Source: Octopus vulgaris
Lineage: Eukaryota
NCBI GenBank assembly: GCA_951406725.2
Contig: OX597835.1
Span: 46,314,001 to 46,378,000 of the forward strand
Direction of reading: 5' to 3'
Length of the DNA: 64,000 nt
Position 1 is the stretch's first letter. Every line of letters starts with the position of its first letter. Below, piece after piece: positions 1 through 11,515 of this stretch. Both the position numbers and the translations under genes were made by a program. The notes below the pieces were generated by a model, which saw nothing but the letters and a program-made list of their open reading frames with translations, had not been told where the DNA came from and did no database searches.

Positions 1-1
1 T

Positions 2-522
2 GATGGGAAGCAGGAGGTAAAGGGTGACAGAATCAAGGCTAAAGGAAGCCCTGTCCAGAGAAAGCAGAGGGACCCCAGCAAAAACTGTAAGGGCAGGGAA
101 AGAAACACCTGCAAATTCTACCTGAGGGGGACTGCTGGTACGGCGTTGAAGGTGCAAACTGTCGCTTTGCACATCGGAGGCCCTACCAAAACCGCACGGA
201 CGCGAGACAGAGGTCCCTCCCTCAGGGAGAACAAAAACAAAAAGTTAAAAGAAGGGAAAAAAGCGCACTGACCACTACTGAAAGACGGTATGCAGATGTG
301 GTGCGCGGAAACCCAACAGGTGGCCAGCTTCACCCAGATGTGAGAAGGGCGGCAGCTGAACAGCAGTCTTTTTTGTGCATGGCACAAAAAATTGTTCAGC
401 AGCTGACCTGGCTACAAGCACAAAGCTGGAACTACCACCACATAAGGCCACCTCCAACAGATGCAGGATGGCCACCACAGACACCAACACCAACACACAC
501 ACCACAAAAATATTTCTACTGA
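2..522 (+). CDS. LINE ORF1 C-terminal part with CCCH zinc finger; 1-bp frameshift near 126-130
   Basis: Frame 2 reads ...NTCKFYLRG; frame 1 from 130 reads DCWYGVEGANCRFAH... and is open to TGA at 520-522; overlaps the ORF2 start. Confidence 0.7.
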
Positions 523-3478
523 ATGTAGGAGGGCTGCTGCGCGGAAACTGTAAAAAGAAAATTTCATTCCTGAGAGACCTTGTGACATGCAATCAAGCTA
601 TATGCATGGCACTCACAGAAACGCATCTTGAACCCGATATAGGTGATGCAGAAATACACATGCCGCAATATGCAGTCATACGCACAGATAGAAAAGGGAG
701 GAGCCATGGTGGAGTTGCAATGTACATCCGAGATGACCTCACGCCCCAGGTCCTGCTGTCATATTCAAACTCAGTATGTGAAACTCAAATTGTACACATA
801 AGACAACTGAATATCGTCATATGCACTACATATCGCCCACCAGACGCCCCAAAACACTCAGGCATGTTTGAAGACTGCCTAACAAAAATAGGAGAAGTCC
901 TCACCAACCTTGAACAGCACAACAGTGTATTCTTCATGGGTGACTTTAACCTCCCCAATGTGGAATGGCCTGGGGGGCAGATGCTCCCAGGGATGACACA
1001 CCATCAGCAGGCACAGGTGGAGTCCCTGCTCCATCTCACAAATACCTCTTTCATGGAGCAAATAGTTCTGCAACCAACAAGGGCAGATAATATACTGGAT
1101 CTCTGCTTTACAAACAATATGGATATTATCCATAATGTTAATGTGATGCCGACAATGATCTCGGATCACAACATAATAGAGCTGTCTACGTATGGAACAA
1201 AAGCCCCCGCAGACACACAGCCTATACGAAGCACCCACCATCTCTCCAACTTAAACTTTCATAAAGCCAACTGGAAGTCGATTGAGAAAGAGATCCTCAA
1301 ACAGGATTGGCCTGAATGTCTCTCCACACCGGACATAAACATGAAACACAAACACTTCATGTCCATAATACAAGCCATATGTGACAAATATGTCCCAATG
1401 TGCAGGGCCAGCACACACAAGAATAAAAACAGGATCCCTAGAGAAAGGAGGATTCTTATGAGACGACGGACAAGGATTGCAAACCGCCTGAGCAAGCACA
1501 CCAAAAGTGGTGAGAAGTCTCGGCTCGAAAGAATGCTAATGGAAACTGAGAAAAGTCTACATCAGTCCCATGAAAAGGAGAGAGCAGATAAAGAAGCTTG
1601 GGTAATAGAAAATATAAAATCAAACCCTAAAGCTTTCTTTAAGTTTGCCAAAGAGACAGCCACAGTGCACCAGAGAATAGGACCTCTCTTCCAAAAAGAT
1701 GGCTCTCTCACAGGAAATCCCACGAGGATAAGTGAAATACTGAACGAACAGTTCCAAAGTGTATTCACTACACCTCTAGGACACAGGCAAGTAAACAACC
1801 CAGAAGAATTCTTTGCCACTTTACCAGCGGCCAAAGAGACAAAAATTGAGTACATCAACATCGAAGAAGATGATATCACACTAGCCATTGATGAGATTGA
1901 CACAAACTCAGCTGCTGGACCTGATGGATTCCCAGCGATCCTTCTCAAATCGTGCAAACGAGCCCTTGCAAAACCGCTACAGCTTCTTTTTCAGAGCTTT
2001 CTTGCAAGTGGTAAGCTCCCAGTCAAACTGAAAGAGGGGGTAATATGCCCTATCCATAAGGGAGGTAGCAGAGCAGATGCTAAAAATTATAGGCCTATCT
2101 CTCTGACCTCACACATCAGCAAAGTCATGGAACGAATAGTCCGTAAGAAACTAATCATGTTTCTTGAAGAAAATGACTTACTGTCTGACACCCAGCATGG
2201 ATTTCGACCAGGTAGAGGCTGCCTAACACAGCTCCTGCAACACTATGACTGGGTGTTGAAACAGCTACTAAATGGCTCAAATGTGGATGTAATATATCTT
2301 GACTTTGCAAAAGCCTTTGATAAAGTCGACCATGGTATGATCTGTCACAAACTGCGTGGTCTCGGCATAGGCGGGAAACTTGGAGAGTGGCTGCACAACT
2401 TCCTAAAAGACAGAAAACAGGCAGTTGTGAGCAATGGAGCCACCTCCAGGGAAACGCAAATAACAAGCGGTGTCCCACAGGGCACTGTCTTGGGGCCACT
2501 GATGTTCATAGTGGCCCTTTCAGACATGCCTTCAGTTGCTACGATGACCACCCTTGCTAGCTATGCAGATGACACAAAGGTCTCCCACGCAATACAGAAC
2601 CCTGAAAATATTGCGCATCTGCAACATGAGCTGGACACAATATACAGGTGGGCTGAGGACAACAACATGCAGTTTAATGCAGGTAAGTTCCAGGCCCTGC
2701 GCTACTGGCACACAAAGGTAAATGACGTGAAGACTGGATACACTGGCCCAGGAAGAATTGCAATCCCTGAGTCAAAATCAGTGCGTGACCTGGGCATTGA
2801 CATGAGCAATGATGCATCTTTCCAAATGCATATTGCTAATCTGGTGATAAAATGCAGACGGCTAGCTGGATGGATTCTCCGAACTTTCAGAACAAGAGAG
2901 AAGGAGACACTGATGGTCCTATGGAAAACATTTGTCCTCAGCCGCTTGGACTACTGCTCCCAACTTTGGTCACCACACAATATAAAACAAACAGCAGAAC
3001 TCGAAGCAACTCAGAGAAGCTACACAAAGAAAATCGTCTCAATGCAAAATGTCAGCTACTGGGAAAGACTGAAGGTATTAAACCTCTTCTCCCTGGAGCG
3101 GAGGCGGGAGAGATATGCAGTAATATACATCTGGAAAATCCTGGAGGGTCTTGTCCCAAACTTTGGCATTCAAAGTTACTCCAACCGCAGAACGGGCGCC
3201 GCTGCGTGGTGCCAAGGATTCCAACATCACCATCAAAATACAGGTCCAGATACTGCAACAGCTTGGGTTTCAGAGGACCACAGCTTTTCAACATCCTCCC
3301 TAAATGCCTGAGAGACTTACATGGTGTGGATGTGGGTTTCTTTAAAACTAAACTGGATCTCTTCTTGTTGGGAGTCCCAGATGAACCTACCTCACGACAG
3401 GAGACACGGATGCGGGCAGCAGCATCGAACTCCCTTGTTGATCAAGTGCCACGTATCAGAGGTGGATTCACAAACTAG
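468..3478 (+). CDS. LINE ORF2 endonuclease-reverse transcriptase; frameshift near 3195
   Basis: APE motifs (LTETHL, YRPP, GDFN, LDL, SDHN) and RT motifs (YRPISLTS, QHGF, YLDFAKAFD, GVPQG, YADD); C-terminus (GRRCVVP...GPQLFNILP...VPDEP) continues in the 2852-3478 frame. Start at the 468 ATG is inferred; the ORF track starts at 375. Confidence 0.92.
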
Positions 3479-3550
3479 TGTGGCTCATTCAGCGGTGGTG
3501 CCCCAGCATGGCCGCGGCCTTCGGGCTAAAACATTTTTAAGGATTTAAGG

Positions 3551-3605
<55 letters not shown>

Positions 3606-3816
3606 CAAGTGTGCACATGTGTTTCGCAGCAGACAACTCACCTCGACCAAAGCAGCACGAAAGTAATTATATTTCTTTCAAAGTAATGAAGAAATAATTC
3701 AAAATAAATTAGTACTTTAGTAAAATTGTGGCTATTGAAGAAATGGAATAAAAAGCGAGAATCAGGAACGTAGTATACACAATATTTACTCACAAAAACA
3801 TATACATATACATATA

Positions 3817-3847
<31 letters not shown>

Positions 3848-4180
3848 GTGTATATGTGTGTGTAGGACTTGACTTCCCATCTATATGGTTCCTAGTTCAG
3901 TGCCATTGCGTAGTATCTTCAGTAAAAGTCTTGTGTTATAGCTACAGGTTGACTAAAGCCTTCCTGAATAGAAATGGTAGACCGAAACTGAAAGTTGCCT
4001 TTGATATATGTGTATGTGTGGGTGTGTGTATCTGTTATGTGTGTAGATATCTTTGGGTTTTTGATTATACCGCCACCAACGCTTGAAAACAGGTGTTAGT
4101 TTGTTTATGACCCTTTAACTTAGCAGTTATCAGTTACACACACACGCACAAGAAAATTGTGCGTGTGAAAATTACGACAG

Positions 4181-4995
4181 GTGTTTCAGTAAAAGCGGTG
4201 TCATTATATGGGGCTGAGACATGGCGAACAACGGTTAAGTCAAATAAGCAAATACAACCATTCATCAACAGATGCTTGTGTAGTATACTTAAAATTAGAT
4301 GACCCGAACACATAAGTAATATGGAGCTATGGCAAAGAACAAATCAAGTTTCGATTAGGGAGCAAATATTTAAGAAAAAGTGGAAGTGGATTGGTAACAC
4401 AATTAGAAAAAACACACCAAATGTAGCGAAAAGTGCTTTACAGTGGAATCCGGATGGATATAGAAAGAGAGGTAGGCCTAAGAACTTGTGGCGTAGATCA
4501 ACACAAAAGGAACTAGAGAAAGGGGGACATTCATGGCAGAGTATAAGTACAGAAGCGAAAAATTAAGCGACGTGGAATTCAACTATAACTGGCCTTTGGC
4601 GGTTGGATGGAACCTACACTCGCCTCCTTATGAGAGCTCAAAATCTGTCGTGGAAGCGCCATCCAACCAAAATGCAAGTATATGGGAAACTACCACCTGT
4701 GTCATCTCTTGTGAAAGGTAGGAGAGTCCAGTTTGCTGGACATTGTTGTAGAACTGAAAAAGAAGTAATTTCTACTCTTCTCCTCTGGAAGTCATCTACT
4801 CGCAATACCAGAGGGCGCACACTCTCCTACCCTGATGTAATCTCCAGGGATACAAGAATCCAGCAACAGGACCTCCGTAATGCCATGATGGACCGTGAAG
4901 TCTGGCGTAGCATGGTAAATTCCATTGTCTCGACCACGGTCGAACAATGATGATGATGATAACTGGCCTATACTCCACGTTGGCGGGTTAAAGGC
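4181..4995 (+). mobile_element. RTE-clade LINE 3' fragment, interrupted by a second RTE
   Basis: LYGAETW...WKWIG...ALQWNPDGYRKRGRPK..WRR with in-frame stops; resumes as GLYST after 4969. Confidence 0.85.
4596..4958 (+). mobile_element. 5'-truncated RTE-clade LINE with (TGA)n tail and 11-bp TSD
   Basis: LDGTYTRLL...RRVQFAGHC...AMMDREVWR; ATAACTGGCCT at 4585-4595 and 4959-4969. Confidence 0.88.
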
Positions 4996-5224
4996 AGAAA
5001 AATAATTCATAGTTAACATTATAGCATATAAGCCATCATCCTGAGGTTAAATTTTAAACCGGTGATATTTTATACATTGAACATGACGAATTCAATATAC
5101 TTAGATAAGTAGGGTTTTTCAAGCATAACATTCGATTCATATGGAAATTAGAAAATATGGCTTGAACAGGCATGCGACACGGAAACAGATATATTATTTA
5201 AATTAGTCTGTAGCTACGGAAGCC

Positions 5225-5269
<45 letters not shown>

Positions 5270-5305
5270 ATGTATATGTGTATGTATATATATATATATA
5301 TATAT

Positions 5306-5510
5306 GAGGCGCAATGGCCTAGTGGTTAGGGCAGCGGACTTGCGGTCGGAGGATCGCGGTTTCGATTCCCAGACCGGGCGTTGTGTGTGTTTATTGAGCG
5401 AAAACACCTAAAAGCTCCACGAGGCTCCGGTAGGAGGTGGTGATCCCTGCTGTACTCAAAAGGCGGTGCTCCAGCATGGCCGCAGTCAAATGACTGAAAC
5501 AAGTACAAAA
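5306..5510 (+). mobile_element. Chimeric tRNA-derived SINE (family B head, family A tail)
   Basis: A box TGGCCTAGTGG and B-box-like GGTTTCGATTCC; head matches 47119+; tail GGCGGTGCTCCAGCATGGCCGCAGTCAAATGACTG matches family A. Confidence 0.85.
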
Positions 5511-5558
5511 AAAAAAAAATATATATATATACATATATATTAAAAATACACGCATCTA

Positions 5559-5640
<82 letters not shown>

Positions 5641-6189
5641 CAGGGTTATTCATAATGAATGAACCGATTTCATTACGCAACATTTTTATAAGGAAGAGCA
5701 ATAGAAAACTCCCGCGAAGTCACAAGTATTTACTCACAATCAATATTTATTTCCTGTCTTACAACTGTTGAATGTGGCCACAACCTACCGCAAAGGCAAC
5801 ATCAATGCTATAAGAAAATTCCTCCCAGACGCATATCAGCATATCACGATCCATTGAGTTGATCGCTGTTGTTATTCGATGTTTAAGTTCATCGAGATCA
5901 GTGGGTAGCGATGGAACATAAACGCGATCTTTTACATATCCCCACAGGAAAAAAATCACGCAACAGCGATCAACTCAATGGAACGGGATATGATGAGACG
6001 CATCTGGAAGGAATTTTCTTACCGCATTGATGTTGCCCGTGCTGCAGGTGGTGGCCACATTGAGCACTTGTAAGACAGGAAACAGAGGTTATTTGTGAGT
6101 AAATACATGTGACTTAGCTAGGGTTTTCTATTGCTTTACCTTATCAAAATATTGCGTAATGAAATCTTTTCACTCTCTTTTGAATAACC

Positions 6190-6191
<2 letters not shown>
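5641..6191. mobile_element. Palindromic non-autonomous Tc1/mariner-superfamily element made of two transposase 3' ends
   Basis: Termini CAGGGTTATTCA / TGAATAACCCT within TA runs; minus ORF FFLWGYVKDRVY...LKHRI...GGH-like end; ~230-bp arms in inverted orientation. Confidence 0.85.
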
Positions 6192-6228
<37 letters not shown>

Positions 6229-6232
<4 letters not shown>

Positions 6233-6430
6233 ATCCAAACAGGAAAGCACCCCAAAAAAACAACAACGCGAGGACGTGGAACAAATATAGTATTATTGGA
6301 CGCTCAGGAAAGAAGGAAAGAAGGAGGGTCTAACGTTTGCTCTTCGTCGGAAACATAGGAGAAGGAAAGATCCAGAGAAGGGAAGACAGAGGTAAAATAA
6401 TCGACAACGGTACACATGAGGTCACATTTT
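6229..6430 (-). repeat. Short (TA)n-flanked repeat module, Penelope terminal-repeat-like
   Basis: Minus strand CCGACGAAGAGC-AAACGTTA; layout resembles 7568-7770, sharing the ...GTATTA..GG(A)CGCTCAGGAA motif. Confidence 0.4.
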
Positions 6431-6678
6431 GATATATATATATATTTTATATATATATATATATTTCTGACTTCCTGTGCGTTGATGTGCTTAGGTTATA
6501 GTATTAAAAATCGTATAGTATTCAAAGTATTATTAATAGGCGAAGGCGTGGCCGTGTGGTAAGAAGATTGCTTTCCAACCACATGGTTCTGGGTTCAATC
6601 TCACTGCGTGGCACCTTGAGCAAGTGAGAAAGAGAGAGAGAGAATGTTCGCACACACACACTCATATATAAATACACA

Positions 6679-6761
<83 letters not shown>

Positions 6762-6762
<1 letters not shown>

Positions 6763-6962
6763 ATGGGTTAGCAACTAAGTTCACGTCGTTTTTTTTAAAT
6801 AAAATATTTTTTAAGGTTTAATAAAAATTAACAACTAATTAATCAATAATGTATTCACTCTTGTTGTTTACAACTTCTTCCCAACGTTCAACAAGATTTT
6901 CAGTACCTCTTTGGTAGAAATCTCCGTATTTCAACTCAAAAATTTGATCCAACCAAGCTCTC
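6762..6962 (-). mobile_element. Mariner 3' end fragment with TIR
   Basis: Minus translation ...FYQRGTENLVERWEEVVNNKSEYIID*; TIR-like TAATGGGTTAGCAACTAAGTT. Confidence 0.8.
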
Positions 6963-7108
6963 AAGTGAATTGAGGTGGTAGGCAGTTGAAAATGAGGTAC
7001 TTATATATATATATATCCCTAGGCCTCGTCAGAGATTATAAAGTACAATCAAAAATATAAATTATACATGAAACAAGTTACACGCACAATTTAATGTATA
7101 TATATATA

Positions 7109-7273
7109 GGCGCAGGAGTGGCTGTGTGGTAAGTAGCTTGTCTACCAGCCACATGGTTCCGGGTTCAGTCCCACTGCGTGGCACCTTGGGTGAGTGTCTT
7201 CTACTATAGCCCCGGGCCGACCAAAGCCTTGTGAGTGGATTTGGTAGACGGAAACTGAAAGAAGCCCGTCGTA

Positions 7274-7315
<42 letters not shown>

Positions 7316-7540
7316 TGTGTGTGTTTGTGTGTCTGTATTTGTCCCCCTAGCATTGCTTGACAACCGATGCTGGTGTGTTTATGTCCCCGTTACTTAGCGG
7401 TTCGGCAAAAGAGACCGATAGAATAAGTACTGGGTTTACAAAAGAATAAGTCCCGGGGTCGAGTTGCTCGATTAAAAGGCGGTGCTCCAGCATGGCCGCA
7501 GTCAAATGACTGAAACAAGTAAAAGAGTAAAAGAGTAAAG
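7109..7540 (+). mobile_element. tRNA-derived CORE-like SINE, family A, full length
   Basis: tRNA head (TGGCTGTGTGG / GGTTCAGTCC), CORE-like CACCTTGGG..AGTG, internal (TA)n, tail ending in (GTAAAAGA)n. Confidence 0.92.
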
Positions 7541-7567
7541 ATATATATATATATATATATATATATA

Positions 7568-7770
7568 ACGGGAAGCTTTATGAAAATAACCAATAGACGA
7601 AGGCAGGTGGAATACAAACAAACAATTGTATTAGTATGGCGCTCAGGAATTTAAATAAAACAAGTCTTTTACGTTTCGAGCCTACACTCTTCAACAAAAA
7701 GATACACAGAAAAGAAACACGGAGAGAAACAAGGAGAGAAAAAAAATGCGTGCAGAAGCTAGCGAATCAA
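7568..7770 (-). repeat. Short (TA)n-associated module, Penelope terminal-repeat-like
   Basis: Minus strand TTGAAGAG-TGTAGG-CTCGAAACGT. Confidence 0.4.
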
Positions 7771-8390
7771 CATGAAGCACATATATGCACATATACGTGT
7801 ACATAAATATATAAATAGACATAATTATACATACACAAAAGCATATAGACAATTAATTATATCTATTTTTCAACTGCCTACCACCTCAAAACATTTGACT
7901 TATATAAGCACAATGAGATACTATTTTCCATAGGCTGAAACAGATGTAAGTGATTTTAATAATTTATATTCATGTTTTTTAATAACAATTTGTATTCTTA
8001 TCTTATATGCATTGAATTTTATACTGTATATATACTTATGTCACTATGGTTGTCGTTTTGATAAATAAATAAGTCAACATTTTAATATCCTAAAGCTAAT
8101 GAACCAACTAATGTGCTTCTCCATTTTCTTATTTGTAATATAAATTAATGGTAAAATATTTCTTTATCTTCACCCATTTAATACAATAAGTAGGTTTATT
8201 GCATTGCAATTAAAAACACTTCTGTATTAATAATTGGGTATTATACCAACAGTATATTGGATCAGTATTATCCCTTAGTGGGTTGGATCCACAACTCCTA
8301 ACTTACTTGGTGGTATATATATATGTATATATATATATATATAAACTTTACTTGTTAATATAGTTACTACTCTCATCTCTTATTTTACTT

Positions 8391-8550
8391 AGGAGTGGCT
8401 GTGTGGTAAGTAGCTTGTTTACCAACCACATGGTTTCGGGTTCAGTCCCACTGCGTGGCACCTTGGGCAAGTGTCTTCTATTATAGCCTCGGGCCGACCA
8501 AAGCCTTGTGAGTTTATTTGGTAAACGGAAACTGAAAGAAGCCCGTCGTA

Positions 8551-8626
<76 letters not shown>

Positions 8627-8847
8627 TGTGTGTGTTTGTGTGTCTGTGTTTGTCCCCCTTGCATTGCTTGACAACCGATGCTGGTGTGTTTATGTCCCCG
8701 TTATTTAGCGGTTCGGCAAAAGAGACCGATAGAATAAGTACTGGGCTTACAAAAGAATAAGTCCCGGGGTCGAGTTGCTCGATTAAAGGCGGTGGTCCAG
8801 CATGGCCGCAGTCAAATGACTGAAACAAGTAAAAGAGTAAAAGAGTA
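8391..8847 (+). mobile_element. SINE family A, near full length
   Basis: Near-identical to 7109-7540 except for internal (TA)n length. Confidence 0.92.
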
Positions 8848-9751
8848 TATGTGTATATGTGTTGGAAGTTGTGGTGGCATGGTTGTAGTGATGATGATGA
8901 TGTTGTTGTTAGGGGTGACATCCTATCTTTCTATCCAATCAAGGAAAGCAATGTTTTCCCCTCTGTTTTCATACCATTTAATCTTAGATTCTTTTTGTCG
9001 GGGTCAGAGGTAGTATTTCCGCATAGAGAATTAGAAGTACTTATTTTACATTGTTACCGAGTAACTACAGCATGTAAAATATATGTGTAGATGGCGACTG
9101 TGTTGGTTATTGTGTGCTGTAGTTTAGCTTCCTTTTTAGAAGGAATAAATCCTTATTTAAAATTAGCCCCACCGCCCTGTTCCAATATGTCTGGAAACTG
9201 AACGAAAGGAAAATTACGAACTCCTATAAGTTAAAGCATTGTTGAATATTACGTAAGAAAAAATATATACACCTTCATGTGTACATATATATTTCTAAAT
9301 AACGTGTATAAGTGCAAAGACTGTGTGTGTAGTGTGATGTGCGGGTGTGTGCGTGTGTGTGTGTGCGTGTATGTGTTAGCGACCCGACACCAATTGCGTC
9401 ACAGCTCATTGCTGTTAAACGCAATATCACATCGCTAATCACAAATCTCCATCGACCAAAACAAAAAGGATAACATCAATGACTTCGACAACAACAACAA
9501 CAACAACAGCAACAACCGGCGGAACATGAGAAAACATTTTGAAATAGACTTAAAAAGGCAGCATTACCTCACACACCATTACACCAGAAGAACGCAAAAC
9601 TACGCCATAATCCCAATAACAACACTAAAGTTAAAATGTATGATTTATATTTCTTACCACTCGCTCTATATTGTCTACTCACGTCTAAACATCGCTCATA
9701 CTGCACTAAACAAGATATTGAGAGTGAGAGATAGAGAGGGAGAGAGAGAGA

Positions 9752-9801
<50 letters not shown>

Positions 9802-10075
9802 GACAGGGAGACAGACAGACAGATAGAGAAGGGGTGGAAAATAGATTTGGAGATTTTGAATTGCAAAGTGTGAGAAAAAATGAGCTCTGAATATACGAAT
9901 GATTATATACATACATACATATATATATATAATTATGTAATATATATAATGTATATATGCATACACATATATATATAAATATATATATGCATACATATAT
10001 ATATAAATATATATGTGTATGTATGTATATATATATATATATATATATGCATATATATATGTGCATATATATATT

Positions 10076-10173
<98 letters not shown>

Positions 10174-10340
10174 CATACCTTTATAAATATATTTGTATGA
10201 CATAGGGCGTGTGGGGTGTGCTGCGTTTAGTAAGGATACAGCGAGATAGAATCAGAGAGAGATGCAGAAAGAGTGAGCAGTTAGTGAAAGTTACAAAAAC
10301 TAATGTGAAGAGAAAAGTAGGAAAACAAGGTTAGAGAAGA

Positions 10341-10380
<40 letters not shown>

Positions 10381-10704
10381 CTGAGGGACCATCAGACAAA
10401 CAGACAGACAGAGACAGGGATACAGAGAGAAGCAGTGGAAGACTGAACTAAATTTCAATGGCAAATGTCCAAAAATGCCAAAGTATTTTCTTCAAAGTGA
10501 AAAAAAATTCAAAAAATGAAATCAATCGAATTTACCGTTTGATGATGTTCTTTGAAATATTATTGTTATCATTATTAGTAATATTATTTTTTATTGCCTT
10601 ATTATTGTTATCATTATTCATATTTTTTATATTCATTCTCTTGTAGTATTTATTGTTATTTTTCTACCGTTATTTGTTTTGTTACATATGAGAGATTTCT
10701 GTAG

Positions 10705-11515
10705 TCGTGTTATTATTGTTGTTGTTTTCACTGTTGTTGTTATTGTTGTTGTTGTTGTTCTTCTTCTTCTTCTTCTTCTTCTTCTCCTTCTTCTTCATCT
10801 TCTTCTTTATCTTCTTCTTCATCTTCTTCTTTATCTTCTTCTTCACCTTCTGCATCTTCTTCTTCTTCTTCTTCTCCTCCTCTTCCTTCTTCTTCTTCTT
10901 CTTCTTCTTCTTCTTCTTCTTCTTCTCCTCCTCCTCTTCCTTCTACTTTTTACTTCTTCTTCTTCTTCTTCTTCTCCTTCTCATTCTTCTCCTTATCCTC
11001 CTCCTCCTCCTCCTCCTTCTTCTTCTTCTCCTCCTCTTCCTTCTTCTTCTTCTTCTTCTTCTCCTTCTCATTCTTCTCCTTATCCTCCTCCTCCTCCTTC
11101 TTCTTCTTCTTCTCCTCCTCTTCCTTCTTCTTCTTCTCCTCCTTCTCATTCTTCTCCTTATCCTCCTCCTCCTCCTCCTTCTTCTTTTTCTCATCATCCT
11201 CCTCTTCCTTCTTCTTCTTCTTCTTCTTCTTCTTCTCTTCTTCTTCTCCTCCTCCACCTCCTCTTCCTTCTTCTTCTTCTTCTTCTTCTTCTCCTTCTCA
11301 TTCTTCTCCTTATCCTCCTCCTCCTTCTTCTTCTTCTTCTCCTCCTCTTCCTTCTTCTTCTTCTTCTTCTTCTTCTCCTCCTTCTCATTCTTCTCCTCAT
11401 CCTCCTCATCCTCCTCCTTCTTCTTTTTCTCATCCTCCTCTTCCTTCTTCTTCTTCTTCTTCTTCTTCTCTTCTTCTTCTCCTCTTCCTCCTCCTCTTCC
11501 TCCTTCTTCTTCCTA
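10705..11515. repeat. Compound (GTT)/(CTT)/(CCT) triplet repeat with higher-order units
   Basis: Seen directly; recurring CCTTCTCATTCTTCTCCTTATCCTCCT unit. Confidence 0.9.

Larger units (their letters stand above)
1..3553 (+). mobile_element. Near-intact non-LTR retrotransposon (CR1/L2-group LINE), 5' end outside the window
   Basis: ORF1 remnant, APE-RT ORF2, short 3' UTR ending in TTTAAGGA-TTTAAGGA, then (TA)n. Confidence 0.93.

Noticed and set aside
5306-5385. tRNA genes at SINE heads (also 47119, 51585, 55420)
   Set aside because: Each continues into a shared SINE body and lacks a proper acceptor stem and terminator
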